A stretch of 64,000 bases of DNA from Utricularia gibba (taxonomy: Eukaryota; Plantae; Magnoliophyta). The notes under the pieces were generated by a model. It did not search any database. It was not told the origin of the DNA and saw only the letters and a program-made list of their open reading frames with translations. Below are positions 1-16,006 of the stretch, one piece after another. The first letter of the stretch is position 1. Each line of letters begins with the position of its first letter. Where the stretch lies: contig NEEC01000013.1 of assembly GCA_002189035.1 (NCBI GenBank), positions 1,364,001 through 1,428,000 of the forward strand, given 5' to 3'. The position numbers were made by a program, and so were the translations under genes.

Positions 1-48
1 AATAATCTCAGTGAAGCAACGTAGAGTCAAATTTACTAGATTCCGCTC

Positions 49-881
<833 letters not shown>

Positions 882-923
882 CTCTACGTCCTCCGAATCT
901 GAACAAAGAATCGAAAGCTTTTC

Positions 924-991
924 TAGGGTTTATACGCCGCCACACTGCTAGGGTTTTTTCATGTCACTGCTTGGCCCAGGAAAACGGCCCA
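924..991. promoter_or_regulatory. Ribosomal-protein-type promoter: two telo-boxes plus two site II motifs
   Basis: TAGGGTTT at 924-931 and 949-956; GGCCCA at 973-978 and 986-991, just upstream of the RPL23 ATG. This pairing is established for plant RP and cell-cycle promoters. Confidence 0.7.
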
Positions 992-1489
992 GTCCAATTA
1001 AAATGAAAATCTCCATTGGATTGATGGGCTCAATATTTCCATTTGGAACAAACCAATGCTCGGAACTCCATAGCCATCTCAGGCCACCGGTCTCCGCCGC
1101 CCGGTTTCCCTCATCATCTGTTTGGGCCCGCTAAAAACCGCCGCCCGGATCTTTGGATTTCATGTTCTAAGGCAGTTGCAGCAGCCACAGGCTCTGTTAG
1201 GGAAAGCTGGTAACCTTCCAATTAAATATCATTTAAAAAAATGATCATTCAAATTTTATTTATTATATACTAACATCAAAATTTTACAATGATCATTTTT
1301 ATTACACACTAAAAACACGTCAATTTTATAATACACCCCAATTATGCCACGGCTCGGAGCAGCAGGTTATTTTAAGAGGTCACCAGCCTGAAGCTCGGTT
1401 GATGACGTCATAATTTTGCATGCTGATGCTATATTTATTCTTTTCGTAATTTTACTACACCAAAAAAAAAGGGAATAGAAGGGTAAAAA

Positions 1490-1551
1490 CGTCCGTGCAG
1501 GAGTTGAACACACACCCCTCCGACTCAGTTAACCGGATGCTCCAACGTGCC
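1490..1551 (-). other. Degenerate tRNA-like / SINE-like remnant
   Basis: Minus strand shows an A-box-like TGGAGCATCCGG, a B-box-like GTGTTCAACTCC, then CTGCACGGACG followed by TTTTT. Box spacing is about 10 nt too short and there is no acceptor stem. Confidence 0.2.
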
Positions 1552-1897
1552 TAAAGTCCACTCAGATTTGGTGTGGACCAGCAATCCACATGCCGCCTTT
1601 TTTACTGCGGTGACACGTCATTTCAAATGGAATTTACCTTTTGATTGCCCTATTTTAAAAAACCTATTAAATTCATTTTTTAAATTTGATCGTATATTTA
1701 GTTTGACCTATTCTATTTAATTATGTTACAAATATTTTAACAAATAAAAAATTATTATTTAATCAAATTAAATTCATTCTTAAATTTAGTAATGCCGCAT
1801 TGCACCCTCCACCAGAATTGTATTATTGATGCGTGCGGATCGGACACGCACCTGATGAAAGAAAAAAATAAGATAAATTCTAAAAATTCAATTACAT

Positions 1898-1968
1898 AAT
1901 TATTAGAACAAACAATCTCACATTGAAAAATAAAATTGAAATAATCAAGTATATAAAAGATTATGAAT
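1898..1968 (+). repeat. Dispersed AT-rich repeat, copy A (copy B at 63211-63280)
   Basis: attattagaacaaacaatctcacattgaaaaataaaattgaaataatcaagtatataaaagattatgaat aligns colinearly with attattagaataaataatcttacattagaaaataaaaatataataatcaagtatataaaaaattatgaat. Confidence 0.7.
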
Positions 1969-2627
1969 AATTATTTCAATGATAACTATTTATATATGAA
2001 TTTAATTGGGGGAAAGAAGAACAAAAAGGCAGTTATCCATATAAATACAAAAATTCCAAAAAATAATAAAAAAACAAGCGTTGTGGTTGCTTTCCCCTCC
2101 TTGAACACCGAAAGAACAGTCAAAAGTGAGGGTGAAAGGCAACTCTAATTCTCAAACACTGCATTCAATGCACACACCCAATAATCAAATAAATATTCAT
2201 TAAAAATATTAAAAATATGAATCGTTTCCCTCTTTTTTTTTTTTTTGTGCGTGGATTGGGAGTCAATGAGTTAAATTTATTCTGTTGTTTTAGTATTTAA
2301 AACATGTATGGTATTTTTTAATTATTTATATTATTTCCATGAGGAAAAAAAAAGGGGGGAAATGTGATGAGCTGTCGGTTGGGGTGCACTGTGCAGTGGA
2401 AGCTAAATGCGGGCGGTCCAGGTGGACCACATAAGCTGATTCGTCAAGTCAACATCAACCGCTCCCCACGGTAAGCACTCGTGGGGTCCACTCCTTGTCG
2501 GCTTGTCTTCTCTTCCGCGTAAAGCCTGTTTTTGTCCCACTCGCTCCTCCCCCCCTTTAAAGAAGAAACCCCCTCCTACGCCACCCCCCTATACTCCTAT
2601 TACTATTATTATTATTATTATTATTAT

Positions 2628-2744
2628 TTCGAAATAAAAATAATTTCTATATAAATGTTTCAAAAATAATTTTATTCTAAAAAAATTTAAAATAAAACTA
2701 CGGATTTGTAATTTCTAATTTTTCAGAAATATTTCTATTTTCGA
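2628..2744. repeat. Short AT-rich inverted repeat, possible MITE remnant
   Basis: ttcgaaataaaaataatttct at the left end versus agaaatatttctattttcga at the right end (imperfect reverse complements). Preceded by a (TAT)n microsatellite. Confidence 0.35.
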
Positions 2745-2769
2745 GAGATTATACCAATGTGGTATGAGT

Positions 2770-2901
2770 GGGAATTGGGGGTGGAAGATGGGGACATAAG
2801 GGCGGGAGGGGGGCGTAGGATGGGGACATGAAGGAGGAGAATGTATTAATGGATAGGAACATGTATTATACAAATTACCCCCCGCCCCCGCCCCCGCCCC
2901 C
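2770..2901. other. G-rich tract and (CCCCCG)n tract with G-quadruplex potential
   Basis: At least six G3+ runs at 2770-2825 on the plus strand; (CCCCCG)3CCCCC at 2879-2901 gives four G5 runs with 1-nt loops on the minus strand. Confidence 0.5.
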
Positions 2902-3730
2902 TCCTTTTTTACCTTTCACTATTCACCAACCGTAAATATCTCAGTTCAGTTGAGATGCCTCACGTGCCCCTCCCTTCTGATTTTGATTTTTCGGATTAAA
3001 AAATAATTAATTTTTTTAATGATAAAAAAAATTAAATCTCATTTGATAGTAATATACATAAATTATTGATTTGATGAGAAGTAATATTTGACACTATTGA
3101 TTAATTATTAAAATAATTTTCTAATTTGTTATGGATCACAATCTCTATATTAATAAATCCTTGGATTCAAAATACAATATTAAATTTCTTTTTCCAAAAA
3201 ATAATTTTCTCCAACTGTCAATCTTATTCAATCATTTTTTGTCAATAAATGTGTTATCAATCATAATTTTTGTTTAATTGATTATTATATGGCATAAAAC
3301 GGTGTTAAAAATGTAAAAGAAAATAAGAAGAGCAACAATAGAGTTCCTATTGTATTTAGTTAATTATAAATTCAATTACAAAATTTTATAAAGTGTTTCT
3401 TTATTTTTTTCTTATTTCTTAACACACATGGGGTATGTTATATAATTTGAAATCGTGTTTCAGATTATAGAAAAATAAAATTAGTATTGAAATTATGTAA
3501 ATATAATCAATTTTGAAATCATAAAACTATTTTTTAGGATAATATAAAACTATATTATGAAAATTTAAATTTTTGAAAAATATAAAAAATATATAATATA
3601 ATTTTTAACTAATATCATATTTAATTATTAAAACGGAGATTTAAAAATTCAATAATTTATAAAGTTATCATCATAACAAAAATTAATCTAAATTACTTCA
3701 CAAGAAGGGAGTCACATTATATTAAGCTTC

Positions 3731-3945
3731 TTGAAAATTTTTGAAACATTTTTTTAATTTTCAAAATTATTTTTGAAAAGTAGAAATAAAAATTAAAAAT
3801 AATTAAATCATTAATTTTCTAAAAATAATTTTTATAATATAATTTTAAAAGTATTTTTGATAAAATTATTTTTATAATTAAAAATATTATATAATAAAAT
3901 TATTATTAATTCTAAAAATAAAAATAAATTTTAAAAATTTTACTA
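3731..3945 (+). mobile_element. AT-rich MITE-like element, copy A (copy B at 32521-32737)
   Basis: The core ataattttaaaagtatttttgataaaattatttttataattaaaaatattat matches copy B. The ends are imperfect inverted repeats (gaaaatttttgaaa ... tttaaaaatttt). Confidence 0.6.
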
Positions 3946-4119
3946 AATACAGTTTTAGCATTTTGTAAGAAAGCAAGTATTGGATTTGGGAGAAGTGGAG
4001 AGGGGGAGGTGAAGGGGGACAGGACATTCATTTTCAAGAGTGACGGGAGGTGGTCACACGGTAAGAACAGAGGACAATTAGTTCATGTCGCCACAGTCAT
4101 GGCAAACTGGGGCCGGAAT

Positions 4120-4198
4120 CCGACACCTTCATAAGACCCTCGCCTTCACTCATCTCCTTCCTTGCAACTTTCAATTCAGCAACCGCACAAACCCGACA
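4120..4198. promoter_or_regulatory. Auxin-response elements (TGTCGG type) upstream of Aux/IAA
   Basis: CCGACA at 4120-4125 and 4193-4198; further TGTCGG at 2373-2378 and 2496-2501. TGTCGG is an established high-affinity ARF site, but hexamers also occur by chance. Confidence 0.45.
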
Positions 4199-4311
4199 AC
4201 AAGGGCCCGCTTCCCCCCATCCCATCCCGCCTTTTCCCTTTTTTTCCCCTTTCGGTCCGGTCATCCACTATTTCTATCTCGCTTGCCGGAGGAGGGTTCC
4301 TCCCTTCCTTC

Positions 4312-5549
4312 ATGTCGATCATGAATGATCATACGGTGGTGTCCTCTGAGGATTCCTCCTCCTACCCAGATGAGGAGGATGAGGAGTTTGGGTTGGAGCT
4401 GGGCCTTGGATTGAGTCTGGGTGCTGCGCACAGGATTCGTGATCGTTGTTCTGGGGAACGGCCATGTCAATTGACTCATCTTCATCGACGTCTTCATCCT
4501 CTTCTTCTTCTTTTTCGAGGACCAAAAGGCCTGCCGAGAGCGAGCCCGAGCGATCCTCACCCCCGCGCAGCGCCGCCGTCCGGTAATTTGTTTTCTCGTG
4601 CTTTTCTTTTTGTGGGATTTCTTGGTTCTTGGGAAAATCACCACTTTGGTGGCGATTTATACACAAATGCTAATCAGGAGTGGAGTTAAGTAACGTTGAA
4701 CCTTTCTTTGTTCATGTAGCAGGCAGGTTATCGGATGGCCTCCAGTCAGAACACACAGAATCAACTGTTTGGGGAGTCAAATGAAACAAGCAGCAGCTGA
4801 TGAATCTGCCATGGTTCAGAACTCCGATTTCAGCAGCAACCCAGTCGGCGCCAAGGATCAAAAGCCTCCCAAAACGTCCTTCTTTGTGAAGGTGAACATG
4901 GATGGGATTCCAATTGGGAGAAAGGTGGATTTGAATGCTCACTCCTGCTACCAGAATTTATCCCTCACGCTGGATAAAATGTTCACAGCCGCTGCTGAAG
5001 GTGGAGCTGGTTCAACCAGTAAGCAACTCTGTTGTATCTCGTTGATTCTTCCCCATGGATCCACCAAAATGGATGGATTACTTGTTTGAGATGAGGAGAT
5101 TATTCCCACAGTTCGATGAATATTGAATTCCTTCAGCAGGCTTTTTTTTTTTTGCTCTGACTGGTGATGACCACTTGTTTGGTTACCTTCTGATTCAGGA
5201 ATCAATGTGGATGGCAAGGATGTAATGGCTGGTCCATGCTTCTCATTAACTTACGAAGACAAGGAAGGAGACTGGATGCTTGTTGGTGACGTTCCATGGG
5301 AGTAAGCCCCTCTTCTTCCTCACTTAATCAATATTTCAAGCCCACAAGCCAAGTGGAAATCACACACACACACTAACAGTAACATCACACATGCAATATC
5401 AATGGCTATGCATCCAACACTCAGACTAGGTAGTCCTTCTCTTCGTGTTCCTAACTCTTGAACGTGTCATCATGCTCTTTTATAGGGTGTTTCTGAAATC
5501 AGTGAAGCGGCTTCGGATTAGGCGAGCAACGAAGCATAATCCCAAATGA
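4312..5549 (+). CDS. IAA: Aux/IAA repressor (IAA11/12/13-like); exons 4312-4582, 4723-5018, 5199-5301, 5486-5549; apparent 1-nt frameshift at 4453-4456
   Basis: Domain [10 protein letters not shown], linker [14 protein letters not shown], domain [10 protein letters not shown], domain [21 protein letters not shown], domain [20 protein letters not shown]. Domain I is in a different frame from the rest unless one G is added to GGGG at 4453-4456. Confidence 0.9.
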
Positions 5550-6113
5550 TGCGAGAATGGTTTATTACCGGCAAACCGTTTTGACATCAGTGCTGCTGCT
5601 GCTGCTTTAGTGTGCTTCTGGTCATATCTTGCTAATGCATCGGCTCACAGATCTCTTCTCAGTAAGGTGTAGAAGGAGGGGCATTCTACCTATACAAGTG
5701 ATGTTGAGTTTTGGGGATGCAAAGCTCTGCAAACATGTTTCCCTGGTATGGGAAACAAAGGTTGTGTCAGGTTCATGTGTCTGTTGATTTCTTTTTCTAT
5801 TTGGCGGTATAGAGTTGGAAGAGCTTCTCATGTCTATTGAGAGCAGAGTGACAAGAAAATGGAACATTACTTGCAGGAAACACAAGAGAACTGCACAATG
5901 AATCCATGGTTGTGTGTAAAAACAACAGAGTCAAGTGCTGTACTGAATAATGCAAACTGAGTAAATCAGCGTAGATTTTGTGTCAAATGGCATCACAGTT
6001 CAGACTAATGTGCAAGCCATGCAATTACAACACTATGCAAAACTCAAAAGCCAATTGCTTACGCATGTACCAAATAGCCACAAGGCAAATAATACAAGGC
6101 GCTCACTCGGCTC

Positions 6114-8972
6114 TTATTTGCTAGGAGTGCCTCTATTTGAGGGTCCCCACACACGTATAGTCTTGTCATCGCTTGCTGAAGCCAACATTTGCAGACGTCT
6201 TGGGTTCCAGCTGACACAGTTCACCATCTTTTCATGGCCGGACAAAATCTCTATGGGAATCGAACTTTTTCGGTTCCATATGTAAACCTGTATATGAAAA
6301 TAGAGTAACTAAACTGGGTTGTCTGACATCCTAGTCCACCTAATACAATGGCCTAGGGATGAGGAAATACCTGGTTGTCTTCGCTGCCACTGGCAATGAA
6401 CATGCTGTTGTAGCCACCAAAGCAAGATCGTATGATATAATCCTTTTGCTTATGGCCCTCGTACTTCAGTGGTTTCGTCCATGTCCCAGCGACATCCCAT
6501 ACATGGATCTCTTGGCTGTTAAGGTTGACCAGCAGGTACATGCTATCTCCAGAGACTGAAAGGGAAGTTATAGAGCGATCTTCTGATATAACATGTTCAG
6601 CGTTCGTGGAGGTGTTCAGTATTCTTATTTCTTTTTCAGAGAAAACAGTGACAAGATTTCCTCCATCAGGTGTCACGGCGAGGTCCAGAACCTTTGGCAT
6701 GCGTACCCCCCTCCATGCTTTGATCTCGTTCCCTTCACAATCCCACATGTAGATGCCCTTCTTAGGATCCGAACTGCCGCATACCAGACGCCTGGAATCT
6801 GGAAACCAGGCACAAGAGCTGATAATGAAGTTATTGTCTCCAAATGTGTGCTTGCAAGAGCCTGTTTCAACATCCCAGAGTTTGAGAACTTCCATATACC
6901 CGCAGGTGAGCAACATGGTGTCATCTGGACTCCATGATACAAATGAGATGGGATTTTTGTGGCTACACAACATGTGTTTCACTGTTAATCTATCAACATC
7001 CTCCACCTGCTCAAAAATATAGCAAGCACAGTAAGAAACTTCCGACTATTAACACAATTAAAATAGATTTATGATGCTAAACCATTAATACTGAATGATG
7101 CTAAAGGATTAAAATAACCTCATCCACTGAAATGCTAGTTATGTTGCACGACTTCAAACACATTCAACATAGAGATTCGCCTTTGCATATCCCAAGGACA
7201 AAACTGGACCCCGTTAAAAACGCAAGCACACCAATCATTTTTGAACCGGAAATCAATGAAGTTAGTGCAGATGACACATTTTTAGAGAAATGTACATACG
7301 AACTAGTTGACTCTCATTAGACTACTCAAACCACTGGATAAGTCTGTCTGCCTCACCTGGTTTTGCAGTTGGAGTCACTCAAGCCATAAAAGAGGTTTAA
7401 GTTTCCAACTTCCCCAGGAAGCATTCTTAACAGGGTTTAAATTCCTGAACAAGGGGAAAGAAGGGGCAAAAAGGTGAGAAGCAGGACTATGTGAATAGAT
7501 TTGCCTACCTACTCTCCCCACATTTTTTTTGCAAGTAGTACAAGGTAGAATGAAGTCTTGAGGAAGAACTCCTAATATAGGCACTTTTTCCTTCATGCTA
7601 TTACATCTTCTAAAAAAGAACCTCATCACACTGTTACATTTCAACCATTCACAAGCTGAGTGACATAGACTTTCTGAAGAAACGAAGATCTCATGGAATC
7701 GGATATCACCCTTAGGGAACTTAGTATAAACCCTAATGTTTGAGGAAAATCAGAAATGATAAGATGAAAGAACCAATTCTGAGTGTGGATGAGACGCAAC
7801 ATATTGACATATATGCTGCAATTTGCTATCGCCAGATCATTCCTAGGTGAGAAAGACGAAGCCAGAAACAAGAAGAAAATCTACAACAACACCTAATAAA
7901 TTATCCACCTGAATCCGAGAAAACGCACTTAGAGACTGTCATCTACGAAACAAAAATGAATAATAATGCTGAGAAAGATTAAATCCTGCACTCGCCTCAC
8001 ATTTTCAGAAAATATATCGATCAGATTCCAGCCATCAGTTAGAAATATAAAGGAAATTATGACATAACTGTGAACAGGAAATGAACAAATCCATCCAGGA
8101 AGAGGTATGTTGTACGAAGGATTTAAAGATGTTAAAAGGAAGAGAAAACTCATCACCTTCCATATAATGGCACTACAATCTTTTGATGCTGATGCTAAAA
8201 ATTCTCCTCTGTTAGAAAACTGTACAAACCAGACTTCATCTTGATGAGCATTAAGAATCTGCTAAAGGAGGAAGCACAACATATGTAAGGATAAATATCC
8301 CAGAAGAGAAAATCTCGACAAAAGTCTATGAATCACCTGAATGGTTTCTGTAGGAAAATGCTCTCGGTTGCAGTGGTGATCCCAATACAGAGATATGTTG
8401 TCAGCTGAGCTGTGGTGCCTGCATCTATCAATTTGGCCACATATTGCCAGTTCAAGCAAAGACTCCAGCCTTCTCTCGGGTAAAGTAGCTGGTGGAGGCA
8501 AAAGTTTTTCCAGACTTGATATCAATTTGATTCTTAACTCATCAACTGCACAGTAATCTATACACCCAAGTCCAAAATCCCTGACTGAAAGTAGTTCATA
8601 CGCAAGCCTGTGAACTTTCTCTCTCCCAATCTTCAAAGCCCAAACCTTCTTCCGTAGTAGTTCTAAAGCCAGAAATGTGTTCCCATATTTCATGCATTCC
8701 AACAAGAATTGCTCAGAAGCTAAGAATACGGCAGAAGATCTTAACTCTTCAGACAAATCGTTAAGATTCACAAGTCTCATGATGCAATTATCCAGATTCC
8801 CATTTAAGATGTGTTTTTCCAGTAATTCAAAGTCCCTTGACTTGCATGGAATACACGCCTCTGATTCCAAACAGGCAGCTGAATCACTATAGCCCAAAGA
8901 ATACAAACATTGAACTATGATCCTTACAAACTCATTCCTCTTCATCCGGCCCGAAATTCCTATGTTCTCCAT
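6114..8972 (-). CDS. WDR26: LisH/CTLH + WD40 protein (WDR26/GID7-like, CTLH E3 complex), 4 exons
   Basis: N-terminal EFVRIIVQCLYSLGY (LisH), CTLH region, LPERRLESLLE, then WD40 repeats (HQDEVWFVQFS..LASASKD; HKNPISFVSWSPD; GHEKMVNCVSWNP..LASASDDKTIRVW). GT-AG phases are consistent. Confidence 0.9.
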
Positions 8973-10599
8973 TTTCGACAGTCAAAGCTGCCAACACAAG
9001 ATGACAAAAAACTACGTCTAGTTCGCAGCCATTGTCCAACGCTTCGACAAATCATGACCAGGAGAAAAGCACCAACTATCTGCACATACATGCATAAAAA
9101 AAGTAACTCAAACCAAAAACATAGCTGAAAACAAAAATATAAACCCCACTTCTCACAAATCTTCATCTTCGTGAACGGGAAGCACAACATCACACTCGCA
9201 ATGCAGAAAACGATCGACTAACCAAAAAAACAACTCATGAAGATCACCATTGAAACAAAGGAAAAGTAAGCACATACGCATGAGAAAGAATCTGATCCCC
9301 TGTCCCCAAAAGCTGACTTCAGAGTGGTTGTTCGATCGAATGGCAGTGGCCTAGTGGCCGGAGGTTTTATTTCATAAATTAGGTCAGAGTTTGATTAGAA
9401 TGCACCCGACCCGAGTCCAATTAATTCAAAATAACCGGAAAAAGTATTTATGGGAATTGCTCTAAACAACGTCAGATCGACCGGAACCGCCGTTGATCAG
9501 AGAGAATTTCTCGATTAAATCAATATCTTTATTAAATTGAAAAGAAATTTAAAACAGTATCTTCTTTTTATGGCAGGAAAAATGTATTTAATAAGTTGGC
9601 CATATAAATTTATTAGGTTAACTACTAATTTTATTACAATTTTCAAATATTAAAATTTTAATAGTATTTATGAATCAAATCCGTTTAATTAGGGTTTGTT
9701 CTTTATTATGACTTTATTGAATTGATTCTATTTAATTTTTAAAAATTCTAATTTTTAGATGTTATGTAATGAAATCAAAAATTCATATTTTGTAATTAAT
9801 TTCAGAAATTATTAAATTTCTTGCATCAATATTTTAGAAATTAAATAAAAAATTAAGTAGAAAAATTATAGTATTTTTATCTATTTTAAAAATATATTTA
9901 CATCATAAAATTAAATTATACAATATATATTTATTTTATTAAATTTTATAATATATTCTTATATTATCCCACATAAAATTTTTACAATCTAAAATTAATT
10001 CTATTTACATAATCTTAAAACTGTGTATATTTAAAAAATAATGATTGGGGTTCTGGGGGTGTTTGAGGGGGCGCGTGAGAAGGACGCGGTTGACTAGACG
10101 GTGAGGAGACCCACTCCAAATGCCGCATGACAGTCTGCTTGGTGGCTCCGTCGCCATTAATGCCTTCCCCCACCACCCTTTCTCCATCTCACACTTCACT
10201 CTTTTTTGCATTCCTTTCTTTGATTCTCTCTCTCGAAAGTAGTTTTTCCCTTCCTCTTTCTGCTGTGTTGCTTCGCGAGATTCGGCGCCAGTAGCCTTGT
10301 GGTTCTCCTCGCCCATCGCGAGAATTGGCCCCAGATCTCGTGCTGTCTTACTGGGTTTCTGCATTGCGTGCTCCGGTTAGCTGCATTGCCGTTTTTCAGC
10401 TAGGGTTTTGTCGCTGCTCTTGATTTGTTGACATATCTGGGAAATATTGGGCGGGAAGCGATATGCCAGCTTTTATATTCTTGGGCGAGAAGAATGCAGC
10501 TCGTTGGCATGGAGGAAATTGTGTGTTGGATCTGGAAAGTGAACTATTGTGTTGCTGCTGCGGCTTGATTTGCCATGTTTCTTAACTGCATTGGGGAAA

Positions 10600-14028
<3,429 letters not shown>

Positions 14029-15062
14029 GGATTCGTCGGTGGGTTCCGAAGAAAGTGTACAGATGAGGAGGCCGAAGAAGAGCTGCCGCGCGCGCCGGCG
14101 GGAGGGCAGAAAGGGATGAGGAGAGTACGGTCATTGTACCTTTTCTTCTAATTTTTCTTTCAAATCTTACAATTTTTATTAATTTATCTAACGGACAAGG
14201 TGTATTCCCCGTGCCCCGGTAACCATCTTGTACATTGTCGCCGCCTTCTTTATTTAGTTCCAGTGCTTTTTTCTTTTTAATATTTTTTTTACCTTTTCGG
14301 TCAAGCGGCCGCCCTCTTGCCGGGCCCGGTATTATTATAATATTGGGGGTATTTTAGGCACTTCCCAATAAAAACCAATATAAAAATAAAATTTGAAATA
14401 AATTTAACATAAATTTAATGAATATGAAATGACCATAATAAAATAAAATGATAAAAATGATATCAAAGTCAAATAGAATAAATAATAAAAATGATTTGAT
14501 GATTTTATATATGATACTACCCGATTAAGAGATATCAACTTTTTAAAATTAATCATCTCGACACATCAATATTTTACATATAAGATGATTATTTTTCACA
14601 CTAACTTTTCACATTCATTTTCCCTATTACCATCATTAAAATGAGTGGGTCCCAGACAGGAGTGGTGACAAAAAAATGTTATTGTTTGATGAGGATAACT
14701 GGATAAAGATAATATTTCAATATTCAATGAGAATGAAAAAATTGATGTGGGAGATAACTACTACATCAAGTGATGTTAGTGAAACAAGTCATATCACAAG
14801 GTCATCTATTAGTGCTTTAAATTGAAAATGCAGGGTTTCTCTATTGACACATCCAACAAAGATAGTGTCAAAATGAGTAGAATTGAGCAAATAAATGGTC
14901 ATAATTCATATGATATTAGAGGAAAAAGAAAATAAATATGTCACATTTAGTATATTTGGATGAGAATGTGGATCAAGTGTTGAAAATCAAAATGGAATGA
15001 ATGTGGATCAATGAGTCACATGCTTCAGGCAACAAATTCATTGACACAAACAGTGTTTCAGT

Positions 15063-15622
15063 TCATGGAGCTGGAACCAGTTCAACTTCATCTAAACCGA
15101 AGTTGGTTGATGTCACATTTGCATAGTTTACCTTCTTGAACCTCACCACCACTGGGTATCGAGTGTTTGGATCCTGAAGCAACACAATCACACTCATGAA
15201 CACAAACTCACAGTGCTTTTCTTTTCAGTTTGATAGCATTTTACTTCACCTGATCAACTGCTACAACTGATCCAACCCCGTTGTACCAGTAGGAATCTTT
15301 CCTTAGAATTCTGACCTGAAACACCACAGTATGTTCTCTTGAGACTATGCTCTTATACATGGATCTTGAAGGTTATGCTTCCTGTGTGTTAGTTTACCTT
15401 TGAGCCTTTTGGGGGGCCTATTGGTGCCGCGTTACCCGCAGGCGGCGATTCCACGGTGTCTGGAGAGTCTGTTTCTTCTGGAGTCTCCTCGGTCGCCCTG
15501 ACGGCCATCCTCAAATTCCTGGTTTTCTGGGTAGCCATGGAGATGATGGTGAACTTGGAGTTGGAAGGAGCAGAGGCCATGGTTGGCGCAATTTTGAAGC
15601 CACATGTTGCTGCAGATGCCAT
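15063..15622 (-). CDS. PsaE: Photosystem I subunit IV (PsaE), plastid-targeted, 3 exons
   Basis: Transit peptide followed by IGPPKGSK|[22 protein letters not shown]|[20 protein letters not shown]...DEV. Confidence 0.95.
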
Positions 15623-15742
15623 GTCTGCACTGAGGGAGAAGAGTTGCATTGCGTGGAAAATCAATGGGGATTGATTAGGTGTTTCTTCTTCTTCTTCTTA
15701 TTCTTCTTTTTTCTTCTTTTGAAATCTTGGAGTTGCAGTGAG

Positions 15743-15825
15743 GTTATCGCCTACAGGGAGTGCTTGCTCTTGATTCAACCACTAGGTATCTGACACGTGG
15801 CCACCATATCGTGTCCACGTGGACA
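15743..15825. promoter_or_regulatory. Light-responsive module upstream of PsaE (I-box-like motif plus two G-boxes)
   Basis: GATAAC (minus, 15743-15748); CACGTG at 15794-15799 and 15816-15821, the second inside the 14-bp palindrome TGTCCACGTGGACA (15812-15825). Confidence 0.65.
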
Positions 15826-16006
15826 GTATCATATCACCATCCAACTTCTTATTAACTAACAAATGGTCTGATTATTTAACGGTAAGCGTGTTTTATTAGT
15901 CTTCAGATAATCGTTTTATTAAATGTGATTTGGCGCCAAATGTATTGCCTTCTCACCTCATGCAATTCATGTTTTTTTTTTCCCAGATGAATCTCTGACG
16001 ATTCTC

